From IMG/VR virus record IMGVR_UViG_3300005512_000161, positions 1-34,227 of that record: a DNA stretch of 34,227 nt. The stretch is one strand, 5' to 3'. Both the position numbers and the translations under genes were made by a program. Positions within the stretch are counted from its first letter, which is position 1. Every line of letters starts with the position of its first letter. The DNA is from a virus. Lineage: Duplodnaviria; Caudoviricetes. Under the pieces are notes generated by a model that was not told the DNA's origin, did not search any database, and was given only the letters and a program-made list of their open reading frames with translations. This document shows, piece by piece, positions 1 through 8,966 of this stretch.

Positions 1-252
1 GAGGCGCTCCGGGCTACCGCGGCCAGCCTTCCTGCCAGCCAACAGGCCAGGATCCAGACTGCGCAAGCCGAGGCAACGAGCGCGGGCATCGGAGAGATCG
101 GCGAGAAGCTGGTTCAGATGGCCCAGATCTTCGCGGATGCGCAGGGCGGCGACGTGATCGTGAGCGTTGACGGCGAGGCCATCGCCTCTGCCGGCAGGCG
201 CGCTGACAGGCTCGCGGCAGAGCGCAGCTTCTCGGCCGTGCCGGTCTACTAG
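1..252 (+). CDS. C-terminal fragment of probable tail tape measure protein (5' partial)
   Basis: Frame 1 is open from base 1 to TAG 250-252 (EALRATAAS...VIVSVDGEAIASAGRRADRLAAERSFSAVPVY). Ala-rich, and lies directly upstream of the tube-initiator/LysM/D genes, the usual tape-measure position. Confidence 0.65.
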   Translation, partial: EALRATAASLPASQQARIQTAQAEATSAGIGEIGEKLVQMAQIFADAQGGDVIVSVDGEAIASAGRRADRLAAERSFSAVPVY

Positions 253-260
253 GAGGCGCG

Positions 261-743
261 ATGCAAGGCGACACGGCAACGGGACAGCGGATCACGCTCC
301 TGAACCACGAGACCGACGAGCTGATCGAGGTTCCGATCCGTCCTGACATCCTCTCTGAGCAGGTCGAGGTCAACTACTCTCGCGCCACCGTGATCGGGCT
401 GACGCACCAGCCGCTTCAGTACCTTGGGACTGCCAACCGCAAGATCCCGAGCATCACCTTTCAGGTGGATCAGCATTTCGCAGGAGAGGGCGAGGACATC
501 GAGACGCTGCGCAACTTTCTGATGGCAGCGACCGTCGAAGAGGAAGGCCGGGCTGGCCCTGCCAGGATCACGATGGTCTGGCCCAAGGCAATGACCTTCA
601 CCGGCGTGATCACCAGCCTGCGGATCTCGCGTGAGCGGTTCGGGTCAGATGGCCGGGTGACCGGCTACTCTGCCACCGTGACGTTTGAGGAGTGGGTGCC
701 TGAGCGCCGCACCGCAGACGCCTACAGGCTGGGGGTGTACTGA
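261..743 (+). CDS. Contractile tail tube initiator / CIS tube-like (P2 gpU-like) protein
   Basis: AGGAGG RBS. Motifs 'VNYSRATVIGLTHQPLQY' and 'VITSLRISRERFGSDGR...ATVTFEE'. Sits between tape measure and LysM genes. Confidence 0.7.
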   Translation: MQGDTATGQRITLLNHETDELIEVPIRPDILSEQVEVNYSRATVIGLTHQPLQYLGTANRKIPSITFQVDQHFAGEGEDIETLRNFLMAATVEEEGRAGPARITMVWPKAMTFTGVITSLRISRERFGSDGRVTGYSATVTFEEWVPERRTADAYRLGVY

Positions 744-1081
744 TGCCGCCTGGAGCCTCTTCGCGCTACATCTTCACGCAGGGCGTCATCGAGGGCGACG
801 ATACGTTTCTCACCGACCGCGTACCGTTCCGCTACCGCGATCTGGACGACAACCGGATCCATATCGCGAAGGCTGGCGACACCTTCGACGGCCTGGCCGG
901 CTTCTACTTTCGAGGCATGCCGAGGGCCTGCGGCTTCTGGTGGGCCATCGCTGACTTTCAGCCGATCCCGGTTGTGGATCCGACCGTAGCAATCGAGCCG
1001 GGAACGCGAATCGTGATCCCGTCCGTCCGGGTGCTGACCACGGTCATCCTCGGAGAGCGGCGACGGCGTGAGCATGGCTGA
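743..1081 (+). CDS. LysM / tail protein X-like baseplate protein
   Basis: 'HIAKAGDTFDGLAGFYF...WWAIADFQ...DP...IEPGTRIVIPS' is a LysM/gpX pattern. TGATG coupling to the upstream gene. Confidence 0.8.
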   Translation: MPPGASSRYIFTQGVIEGDDTFLTDRVPFRYRDLDDNRIHIAKAGDTFDGLAGFYFRGMPRACGFWWAIADFQPIPVVDPTVAIEPGTRIVIPSVRVLTTVILGERRRREHG

Positions 1082-2372
1082 GCGCTACCGACCGGGCATC
1101 ACCGTTTCCGTCCTGGACGGCGCCGGCCAGGTTGTGAGCCGCTCATCCGATGCGATCCGCGACCGCGTGATCAACTTCACCTATCAGGACAACGACCAGA
1201 AGGCCGACCGGGCCACGCTGTCGCTGATGAACCGCGATCTGGCGCTGTTCGAGCAGGGCGACGATGTTCTCGGCGGGACCGAGCTGGAAATCTCATGGGG
1301 CTACCCTGGCGCGTTTGCGCCGCCCCGCAAGGTGATCATCAAGCGGATCACGGGCGGCGAGATGCTACAGGTCGAGGCCCTGGCCGAGTCCGTGCAACTG
1401 CACCGCGAGACCAAGAGCCGGGAATTCGTCGGCTTGAGCCGCTCCAAGGTGGTCGAGCAGATCGCCACCGAGGCTGGATACGTCGGGGCGTTCGCCGACA
1501 TCGAAGACACCGAGGAGATCTACGAGATCATCACCCAGAACAACGAGACCGACGCCGCGCTGTTAGCCAGGCTCGCGGCTCGCGAGGGTTTCCTGTTCTA
1601 CGTGGACGACACCGGGCTTCACTGGCACCGACGACGGTTCGATGCCGCGCCGTCGCACATCTTGGAGTGGCGCGGCGGCGACGCCGGCAACGTTGAGAGC
1701 TTCGCGGTCGAGAGTAACCTGATTCGCCGCGTCGGGCGGGTGAAGGTCCGCTCGCGTGATGCCCTGGCCAAGACCGACATCGAGGCGACCGCAGACAACG
1801 ACACGGCCGAGCGCGACACCCTTGGCGACGTTCGCGAAGTCCTGGCGATTTCGCCAGAGACCCAGACCGAGAGGCGGTACAAGGTCAACGCCACCGACGT
1901 GGTGCGCCCAAGCTCGGCATCGACAGAAAAGCGCGCTGTCCGAGAAGCGCAGGCCAGGTTTCGGCGAGCGGAGAGGGAGACCGTGCAGCTTCGGATGCGC
2001 GTCATCGGCGATCCGACCATCCGGGCGAAGAGCATCGTGGAGGTTCGCGGTCTTACGGCCATGTTCGACGGGCCCTACTACGTGCGCGAGGCCATGCACC
2101 AGATCGACGCATCCGGCGGCTATCGGGTGGATCTCAAGCTGATTCGAGACGCGAAGGGGAAGCTGGCGCAGCAGACGCTAACCGAACAGCAGGGCGGCGA
2201 CCGCAACAGGCAAGAGGCGCAGCAACCCGGAACCGTAACCCGGCGCGAGACCGTGGATCCTGAGCACCCGCACGATGAAACACGCGGCCGGATCGAGTAC
2301 GTTCGCAGCGGCCAGGTGGTAGGATACGAAGACCCAGAGGCCCTGAGCAGCGTTCCAGGTGGCGGCAGATGA
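1074..2372 (+). CDS. Phage late control D / baseplate hub protein
   Basis: 'ITQNNETDAALLARLAAREGFLFYVDDTGLHW' and 'VIGDPTIRAKSIVEVRGL...FDGPYYVREAMHQID..GY'. Start is ATG 1074 or GTG 1068. Confidence 0.85.
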   Translation: MAERYRPGITVSVLDGAGQVVSRSSDAIRDRVINFTYQDNDQKADRATLSLMNRDLALFEQGDDVLGGTELEISWGYPGAFAPPRKVIIKRITGGEMLQVEALAESVQLHRETKSREFVGLSRSKVVEQIATEAGYVGAFADIEDTEEIYEIITQNNETDAALLARLAAREGFLFYVDDTGLHWHRRRFDAAPSHILEWRGGDAGNVESFAVESNLIRRVGRVKVRSRDALAKTDIEATADNDTAERDTLGDVREVLAISPETQTERRYKVNATDVVRPSSASTEKRAVREAQARFRRAERETVQLRMRVIGDPTIRAKSIVEVRGLTAMFDGPYYVREAMHQIDASGGYRVDLKLIRDAKGKLAQQTLTEQQGGDRNRQEAQQPGTVTRRETVDPEHPHDETRGRIEYVRSGQVVGYEDPEALSSVPGGGR

Positions 2373-2965
2373 GCGATCCATTCGACGACCGCAACGCGGC
2401 AGACGCCCGAACCAACGGGATGGTCGTGGGCGTGGTGACGGATCGGCAAGATCCGCTCAAGCTCGGACGGATCAGGGTTCGCGTTCCCGGGCTGTTCGAC
2501 GACGGAACGCCATGGGCAAAGCCGCTGACGGTCGGGGGCGGCACGCGCAACACCGGGCTGTTCTTCGTGCCAGAGATCGGGGCCGAGGTCGCCGTCTGGT
2601 TCAACCAGGGCGATCCTGACGAGCCATACTACATGCCCGCCCATTGGGGCCTTCCTGGCGGGCAGAGCGAAGTGCCGAGCGAGGCGTTCCCCGGCGAGGC
2701 CGGCGCAGACGCAGAGCCAGACAACCGCGTGATCGCTGTGCCAGGCTTCCGCATCGAGATCGACGCCACGGAAGGGCAGCGCAAGTTGCGCCTGACCAAC
2801 CAGAAGACCGGCGACAACATCACCCTGGATCAAGAGGACAACTCGATTCTGATCCAAGGCACGACAAGCGTCTTGATCCGCGCAGAGGGCGAGGTTGAAC
2901 TCGACGCATCCATGATCACCATCGGCGGCCGCCCTGTTCGGATCGGCGTCGAGGAGCCCATCTGA
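2369..2965 (+). CDS. Baseplate assembly protein V / spike (gp5 OB-fold)
   Basis: 'VGVVTDRQDPLKLGRIRVRVP...WA...GLFFVPEIGAEVAVWFNQGDPDEPY' followed by short beta-helix repeats. Confidence 0.88.
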   Translation: MSDPFDDRNAADARTNGMVVGVVTDRQDPLKLGRIRVRVPGLFDDGTPWAKPLTVGGGTRNTGLFFVPEIGAEVAVWFNQGDPDEPYYMPAHWGLPGGQSEVPSEAFPGEAGADAEPDNRVIAVPGFRIEIDATEGQRKLRLTNQKTGDNITLDQEDNSILIQGTTSVLIRAEGEVELDASMITIGGRPVRIGVEEPI

Positions 2966-3690
2966 TGGCAGCCGATCCACCGTTCGACGTGTCGCTTCCG
3001 GTCGACTTCCCTGATGTTGGCGATTTCGTCTGCCAGCGGTTCGAGTTGCCCGACATCTGCGAGATTCTGATGCCCGGCGGGCTCAGTATCGCGGCGCCGA
3101 ACGTGCTCGAGTTGATCCAGCCGGCGCTCACCCCGCTGGCCCCGATGTTCGCGTTCATGGAAGCCGTGGTCCAGGTCAAGAACTGCATCGAGGCAGCGGT
3201 CGAGGCGATTTCTGACCTGGACCCTGGGCCGCTGATCGATTGCGTGCCAGGCCTGGCGCAGCGCGTGGACAAGCTGCTGTCGATGCTGCCGCAGGCCAGT
3301 ATCCCGCTGATGGCCGTTGACCTGCTGGATTGCGCCCTGGCGATTCTGGCGAGGCTGCGCTCGACGCTGGTCTCGATGCTGGATCAACTGGCGCGCATCC
3401 AGCGCACGCTCGAGCGGGCTGCGGAGCTCGATGACGCGCGCCTCAACCTGCTGGCGATATGCGCATCTGACCGGCTGGCCGACACGCTGAGCGACGAGAT
3501 GAAGGGCCTGATCGTGGTCGGCCGGATCATCGGTCTCGTGGCGTTCTTCCTGGGGCTCGCTGGGGTTGATGTCGATGTCCCCGACTTCGAGAGCGTCTCG
3601 AGTCTTCCGTTGGCCGATCTGCTGGAAGCCATCGATGCGCTGGTCGAGGCGCTCGGCGTGATGCGAGACGCGATCCCGGTGCCGGAGTAG
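2965..3690 (+). CDS. Hypothetical alpha-helical virion/baseplate-associated protein
   Basis: Coupled to the spike gene; 241 aa, Leu-rich and helical; no recognised motif. Confidence 0.6.
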   Translation: MAADPPFDVSLPVDFPDVGDFVCQRFELPDICEILMPGGLSIAAPNVLELIQPALTPLAPMFAFMEAVVQVKNCIEAAVEAISDLDPGPLIDCVPGLAQRVDKLLSMLPQASIPLMAVDLLDCALAILARLRSTLVSMLDQLARIQRTLERAAELDDARLNLLAICASDRLADTLSDEMKGLIVVGRIIGLVAFFLGLAGVDVDVPDFESVSSLPLADLLEAIDALVEALGVMRDAIPVPE

Positions 3691-3699
3691 GAGACGGCG

Positions 3700-4065
3700 A
3701 TGGCTGCGGACACCCTGATCGGCTTGCTCACCCCGCTGCAACGCGATGGCGCCAGAGATTTCGCGTCGGGCACCGGGGATCGCCTGTCAGTGAGCAAGAT
3801 CAGGCAGGTGCTCGGGACCGCGATGGGAGAACTCCCCTGGCGTACCTCATTCGGCGCAGGCATCCCGCGGCTTCGCTTCCGCACCAATGACGAGGTGCTC
3901 GCAGAGCAAGCGCGCGTGCGCGCCGTCGATGCGCTGGCCAAGTGGGCACCTTCGGTGCGCATCGAATCGGTGAGCGTGTCGAGGGACTCGACCACGGTCG
4001 CGATCCAGGTCTTCTACTCCGACGGCGGAGAGCAGCAGGTCGCAACCGTTGACGTTGGCGCGTAG
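3700..4065 (+). CDS. Baseplate wedge gp25/GPW family protein
   Basis: 'IRQVLGTAMGELPWRTSFGAGI...ALAKWAPSVRIESVSV' matches the gp25 motif. GGAG RBS. Confidence 0.88.
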   Translation: MAADTLIGLLTPLQRDGARDFASGTGDRLSVSKIRQVLGTAMGELPWRTSFGAGIPRLRFRTNDEVLAEQARVRAVDALAKWAPSVRIESVSVSRDSTTVAIQVFYSDGGEQQVATVDVGA

Positions 4066-4086
4066 GCTTGTGGTTAGGAGATCAAC

Positions 4087-5565
4087 GTGGCCCTGCTGAC
4101 GCCAGACTCAGACTACACGGATCGAGATTTCAGTTCCCTGCGGGCGCGGCTGATCGAGTTGCTCCTGTCCGTGTTCCCGAACGCGGACACGGAGAGCAGC
4201 ACCTTCACCATGCTGCTGCTCGAGATGCAGGCGTTCATCGGCGACCGCCTGAGCTTCTACCTCGACGCGCTGGCGCGCGAGCGGTTCGTCCAGACTGCGC
4301 AACTCCGGCGGTCCATGATCGATCTTGGGCAGCACTACGGGTACACCCTCGACGGCGCAGTTGCAGCAACCGCAGAGGTCACGATCACCGCCGATCAAGC
4401 CGCGCAGGCGGACATCGCAATCCCGGCAGGGACGGTCATCAAGACGCGGGCCGTGACTGATCCGGTCGTCTTCCAGACCCTCGAAGATGCGACCATCGCC
4501 GAGGGAGGGCTTTCCGCGTCCGTAGATGTCGAGCAGTCCGAGAGCCACACGCAGACCTTCACCGCTTCCGGCGTGGCGTGGGAAGAGATCTACCTCGGGC
4601 GAAGCCCATACCTGGACGATTCCGCCGAGGTTTCGACCGTGGCCGGCGCATGGGCCCAGGTGTCCAGCTTCTTGTCGAGCGGGGCGAGCGACCGCCATTT
4701 CCGCGTGTTTGTTGATGAGCAGGACCGCGCCATGATCCGCTTCGGCGACGGCACACGCGGCGCCAAGCCGAGCGGCACCGTGACCGTGGCGTACAAGACC
4801 GGCGGCGGAGTCGACGGCAACGTTGAGGCTGGCGCGATCACGGTCATCCAGGGCAGCTTCGCCGATGTCGAGGGTCAGAGCGTGCGCCTATCCGCGTCCA
4901 ACGCTGCGGCCGCTTCCGGCGGCGCGGATCGCGAGAGCATCGAGACGGCGCGACTTGCGATCCCCGAGTCAATCCGGACTACCGACCGATCAGTCACCCG
5001 CGAGGACTTCGAGATCAACGCTCGCCTGGTGCCTGGCGTTGCGCGAGCCCTGATGGTCACCAGCAACGAGGATTCCGCGGTTGAGGAGAACGCAGGCGTG
5101 ATCTACGTCGTGCCGGATGGCGGTGGCACGCCTACTCAGTCGCTGCTCGACGACGTGGAGACGATGGTCACCGAGACCAAGCCGCACACCCTCACGTTTC
5201 TGGTCGAGGTGCTCGGCGCGATCTACCGCACCGTGGATATCCAGGTGGAGGTCACGTTCGCAGATGGCGTATCGGTCTCGGCGGCGCGAGACGAGATCCG
5301 CGATGCGCTCACAGATCACTTCGCCATCTCCGACGACGACGGCGCGCCGAACACGGCCGTGGGCTTCGGGCTCGACATGGACGGCCAAGAGGTAGCCTGG
5401 TCCGACGTGTTCAACGTGATCCGCGATCTGGCCAGCGTACGGAAGATCAACGCCTCCGGCCTGTTGCTCAACGGCACGGCCGAGGATGAGGCCTTGCTGG
5501 TGCGCGAGTTTCCGATTCTCGGCGACGTGACCGTGATCAACGCGGCCACCGGGCAGGAGGTCTGA
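4087..5565 (+). CDS. Baseplate J/gp47 family protein
   Basis: 'DYTDRDFSSLR', 'IRFGDGTRGAKP', 'YKTGGGVDGNV', 'ASGGADRES', 'RSVTREDFE'. GTG start with AGGAG RBS. Confidence 0.92.
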   Translation: MALLTPDSDYTDRDFSSLRARLIELLLSVFPNADTESSTFTMLLLEMQAFIGDRLSFYLDALARERFVQTAQLRRSMIDLGQHYGYTLDGAVAATAEVTITADQAAQADIAIPAGTVIKTRAVTDPVVFQTLEDATIAEGGLSASVDVEQSESHTQTFTASGVAWEEIYLGRSPYLDDSAEVSTVAGAWAQVSSFLSSGASDRHFRVFVDEQDRAMIRFGDGTRGAKPSGTVTVAYKTGGGVDGNVEAGAITVIQGSFADVEGQSVRLSASNAAAASGGADRESIETARLAIPESIRTTDRSVTREDFEINARLVPGVARALMVTSNEDSAVEENAGVIYVVPDGGGTPTQSLLDDVETMVTETKPHTLTFLVEVLGAIYRTVDIQVEVTFADGVSVSAARDEIRDALTDHFAISDDDGAPNTAVGFGLDMDGQEVAWSDVFNVIRDLASVRKINASGLLLNGTAEDEALLVREFPILGDVTVINAATGQEV

Positions 5566-6098
5566 TGCCGATCTCCAACGGCTCATTCGAGGACGCCGGA
5601 AGCCGCTCAGGGGTTCCTCTCGGCTGGACGATCACGGCCTATACGTCTGTCGAGGAGGTCGCTTCCTTCGGTTCGCCTGCCGTTGGGTTCGAGGACTTCG
5701 CCTGGGCGACCGACACCGACGACCTACAGGCCGCTACGTGGCTGTGGGAATTGGCGTTGTTTGACCTGGTGCCAGAGGCTGCCGAGGACTTCGCCGAGGG
5801 GTGGGCAAACGATGTCTATCTCCACGAACTGACCGACGCAGTGGCCGAGCAGGCCCTATTCGATGGCGAGAGCGCCGAATCGTTCGAGGACGGCTGGAGC
5901 AACGACTCGCCATACGAGCAGGACTTCGACGCTGTGCCGCTCGGCACATGGCCAGAAGGCCCGGAGTCTTGGACGCTGACCTACGGCCGAGACTTCGATG
6001 CTGACGTGGCTTCGGATATCCTGGTGTTCGACGATCCGACCACACCACAAGAGGAATCGTTCGAGGATGGATCGTGGCCTGAACTCGAGGTCCTGTAG
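5565..6098 (+). CDS. Highly acidic virion protein with internal FD..E.FE.GW.N repeats
   Basis: Coupled to J. Repeats EDFAEGWAND / ESFEDGWSND / ESFEDGSW. Confidence 0.65.
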   Translation: MPISNGSFEDAGSRSGVPLGWTITAYTSVEEVASFGSPAVGFEDFAWATDTDDLQAATWLWELALFDLVPEAAEDFAEGWANDVYLHELTDAVAEQALFDGESAESFEDGWSNDSPYEQDFDAVPLGTWPEGPESWTLTYGRDFDADVASDILVFDDPTTPQEESFEDGSWPELEVL

Positions 6099-6107
6099 GA
6101 GATATCG

Positions 6108-6824
6108 ATGGCGCTTGCAGACTGGACCGAATTGGACGACTCGCTAGACGCGAGCACCCTGCGCCGCGGCGCCATCGAAGAGGGCGCGGTCTCTGGCGGC
6201 GCCCCGAACGGGGGCGGTTCGTTCATCTACGGCTTCAACAGCCTGGCGGCCGCAGAAGGCGCGGCAGGGCTGTACGTCAACGACGGCGACTTCAATCCCA
6301 ACGGGTTCGGCGCGTCGATCAAGGGCTGCGTCAAGCGCGGCGCGAGCGGTGGGGTGACCGGCTGGTCGCCGTTCCTCTTCGTGTGCGCGCAGGGGCCGAG
6401 CGTCAACGACAACGCCTACCTGCTGGGTCTCGAGGACGACGACCCGCACAAGATCATCCTGCGCAAGGGCGCGTTGGTCGATGGCGTGCCGAGCGACGAG
6501 GCCGACGACGTACTCCGCTCGAGCACCGCGAGCTTCTCGAACAACACCTGGCTGCACCTCCGGCTGGACGCTGTAGTCAACGAAAACGGAGACGTGGTGC
6601 TCCGCGTCTACCAGAACGATCTCGACACCAATCCAGTCACGGCTCCAGTGTGGGAGGCCATCGAAGGCATGGACGAGTTCGTCGACGACGCGCTCGGGAT
6701 CAACAGCGGATCGTTGCCGTACACCAGCGGTCGGATCGGATTCGGCTGCGCCGTCGAGAGCATCACCAGGCGCTCGCTGTTCGACTACCTGGACGTTCGC
6801 AGGCAGACGGGGTTCCCGGCATGA
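6108..6824 (+). CDS. Hypothetical tail/baseplate protein, probably beta-sandwich (lectin-like)
   Basis: AGGAG RBS. 'NTWLHLRLDAV...LRVY...SGRIGFG...FDYLDV' resembles the pattern of ConA-like folds (inference). Confidence 0.6.
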   Translation: MALADWTELDDSLDASTLRRGAIEEGAVSGGAPNGGGSFIYGFNSLAAAEGAAGLYVNDGDFNPNGFGASIKGCVKRGASGGVTGWSPFLFVCAQGPSVNDNAYLLGLEDDDPHKIILRKGALVDGVPSDEADDVLRSSTASFSNNTWLHLRLDAVVNENGDVVLRVYQNDLDTNPVTAPVWEAIEGMDEFVDDALGINSGSLPYTSGRIGFGCAVESITRRSLFDYLDVRRQTGFPA

Positions 6825-7003
6825 GCACGTCAACCGGCGCGCGCGGTCGCTTCGATTCGCGGATGCTGCGATCTCCGCTGCAGGTTGGCGTGTCTGACGG
6901 TAACCCGCTGCACTTCGAGAGGCTGGCCAAGGTGTCGGCAGCAGTCCGCGACAACACCGCAGCGATTGGCTCCACGCTGCTGCGCGTGTCGGTGGATCCC
7001 TGA
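6821..7003 (+). CDS. Small hypothetical protein (60 aa)
   Basis: ATGA overlap with the upstream stop; MSTSTGARGRFDSRML...RVSVDP fills the gap up to the next RBS. Confidence 0.5.
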   Translation: MSTSTGARGRFDSRMLRSPLQVGVSDGNPLHFERLAKVSAAVRDNTAAIGSTLLRVSVDP

Positions 7004-7015
7004 TAGGAGAGGCAG

Positions 7016-7966
7016 ATGGCGATCACGATCTCCCACAAGAACGCGGCGCTCGGCGAGGGCCACCTGCTGCTCGAAGCGGTCCACGACTTCGTGGAGGCGA
7101 CACCTGCGCGATTCACGGTCGTTGACGCGGGACTCGTAGGCAGCGACAGCGGCTGGTTCGTGTTCTCGCTTGTCGGCGGCACCGGCTGGCAGTGCTGGGT
7201 CGGGGGGCGCAACAACGCGGCCACGCCGTGGCTCAGCGCGAACACCTACGACGGCGCAGCTCCGCAGCAGTGGGGCCTGTCCTTCGCCTTCTCTCCACGA
7301 GGAGGCTGGGAGGTTGGCGTGGACGGGCCAGACGGCACCATGTTCTCCGCGGCTCCGGCCGAGGGCGCTGGCGCCATCGGCGACTACTGGCTCCGCATCC
7401 GGCCTGGAACGTTGAACGCCTACCCGAATCCGCTCGAGGCGCACTGGTTCACGGTCTGGGACGATCCGGCCGAGGGCTTCTTCGCGCTGCTCGTGGATCA
7501 GGCCCAGGACAACTCCTGGAACGACGGCTTCGGGATCTTCCCGCTCGACTCTCGCTTCCCTGGCGCGGACGATGATGAGCCGTTCGCCGTTCTCGCTGGG
7601 CGCCCGAAGAAAAGCACGTTCAGCGATTGGCTCTACGACGAGACCCATGACGCTACCTACGGCGGCGTGCTGCTTCCCGGCGACGCAGGCTCCCCTCCGA
7701 CCGACTGTAAGCTCCGCCATGAGCCGTTCCGCATCCTCGACGCGCAGACGCAGCCGGATCCGGTCAATGGCAACTACGACCTGGACGCAATCGGGCTGTT
7801 CTCGAAAACCGCAGGGGCGGGCCACAACCGAGGCTTCATCAAGCCTGACTACCTGCGGCAGTCCCAGGAAAACGACGCTGCGAGGACCACCTACAACACC
7901 GGGACGTGGGTGGTGCCATACCTGAACGCCAGGATCGTGCTGCCCTGGGACAACTCGGTGCTCTAG
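7016..7966 (+). CDS. Hypothetical virion protein (Trp/Gly-rich, 316 aa)
   Basis: AGGAGAGG RBS, strong GC3 codon bias, located in the tail operon. Confidence 0.65.
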   Translation: MAITISHKNAALGEGHLLLEAVHDFVEATPARFTVVDAGLVGSDSGWFVFSLVGGTGWQCWVGGRNNAATPWLSANTYDGAAPQQWGLSFAFSPRGGWEVGVDGPDGTMFSAAPAEGAGAIGDYWLRIRPGTLNAYPNPLEAHWFTVWDDPAEGFFALLVDQAQDNSWNDGFGIFPLDSRFPGADDDEPFAVLAGRPKKSTFSDWLYDETHDATYGGVLLPGDAGSPPTDCKLRHEPFRILDAQTQPDPVNGNYDLDAIGLFSKTAGAGHNRGFIKPDYLRQSQENDAARTTYNTGTWVVPYLNARIVLPWDNSVL

Positions 7967-7976
7967 GAGGTGATCG

Positions 7977-8456
7977 ATGGCGCGCTACTGGATCGAAGGC
8001 AAGTCAAGCGGCGTTGGCGTCGCAAGCCTTGTGCCCGCGTTCACGATCTTCAGGAACGCAGTGACCGGGGCGGCCCCGGCCGTCGCGGCTCCGGCAATCA
8101 ACAAGGTCTCGGACGCGCAATGCCCCGGGTTGCACTACTTCGACTATGAGGCCACCGAGCCGATCTACCTCGAAGTCGACATGGATCCGACCGCGGTCGG
8201 GCCGCTGACCGGCGTTGACCGATACCTGTCTCGCGTGCTCGAGCCCAGCGACGGGAACCTCGACACGTTCAGTCCGCATTTCCGACTCAAGGATCCGACG
8301 TTCAACGCGGCCGGCCGGCTGTTGACCGCAGATCTGGTCTACTATCCGAGCGCAGACGATGCGGACGCGGACACCAACGCGCTGCGCACCGTGAGCGTTA
8401 CCGCCACCTACGACGATGAGGGGCGGATCTCCAGCTACGTCGCGCAGGGGAGTTGA
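7977..8456 (+). CDS. Hypothetical virion protein
   Basis: AGGAGGTG RBS; 159 aa; ends in a 'TATYDDEGRISS' YD-like strand. Confidence 0.65.
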   Translation: MARYWIEGKSSGVGVASLVPAFTIFRNAVTGAAPAVAAPAINKVSDAQCPGLHYFDYEATEPIYLEVDMDPTAVGPLTGVDRYLSRVLEPSDGNLDTFSPHFRLKDPTFNAAGRLLTADLVYYPSADDADADTNALRTVSVTATYDDEGRISSYVAQGS

Positions 8457-8459
8457 TAG

Positions 8460-8966
8460 ATGGCGGCACGGATCGACGCCCTAGACCTCGCGCTGCGTGG
8501 TCTCGGTCAACCAAGAGGGGCCCTGCTCGTGGCCACGCTTGGGCGGATCGATGGCGGCGATCACGGGATGACCGTCTTTGATGATCGGCTCGACACCGAG
8601 CAGGGCAGGCTCGAGCCGGACGGCGCCGAGGCTTCGTCTGGCGATCATGTCGTCGTGCTCGGCTCTGATCGCGAGGGCGTCTACGGACGGCTGGCCGCTG
8701 GCGATCTGGTGCAGATTGCCCAAGACGTGGATCTCACCGACGACGAGCTGTTGCGCGTGAGCATGGCCCTTCGCACCCCAGACGACGTGCCGAGCGGGTA
8801 CGCATGGAAGGCCGCGCTCTACCTCGACGACGAGGAGCACGCGAGCACCCTTGGCTGGGCAGGCAAGACGCGAGCGCTGACCGACTACGCGATTCCAGTC
8901 GCGCACCTGACCGGGGATCACGTCTTCGGAATCCGTCTGCAACTCGTGGAGGATGCAGATGGCTGA
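8460..8966 (+). CDS. Hypothetical tail protein
   Basis: Coding-like ORF that overlaps the start of the tail protein I gene. Confidence 0.6.
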   Translation: MAARIDALDLALRGLGQPRGALLVATLGRIDGGDHGMTVFDDRLDTEQGRLEPDGAEASSGDHVVVLGSDREGVYGRLAAGDLVQIAQDVDLTDDELLRVSMALRTPDDVPSGYAWKAALYLDDEEHASTLGWAGKTRALTDYAIPVAHLTGDHVFGIRLQLVEDADG

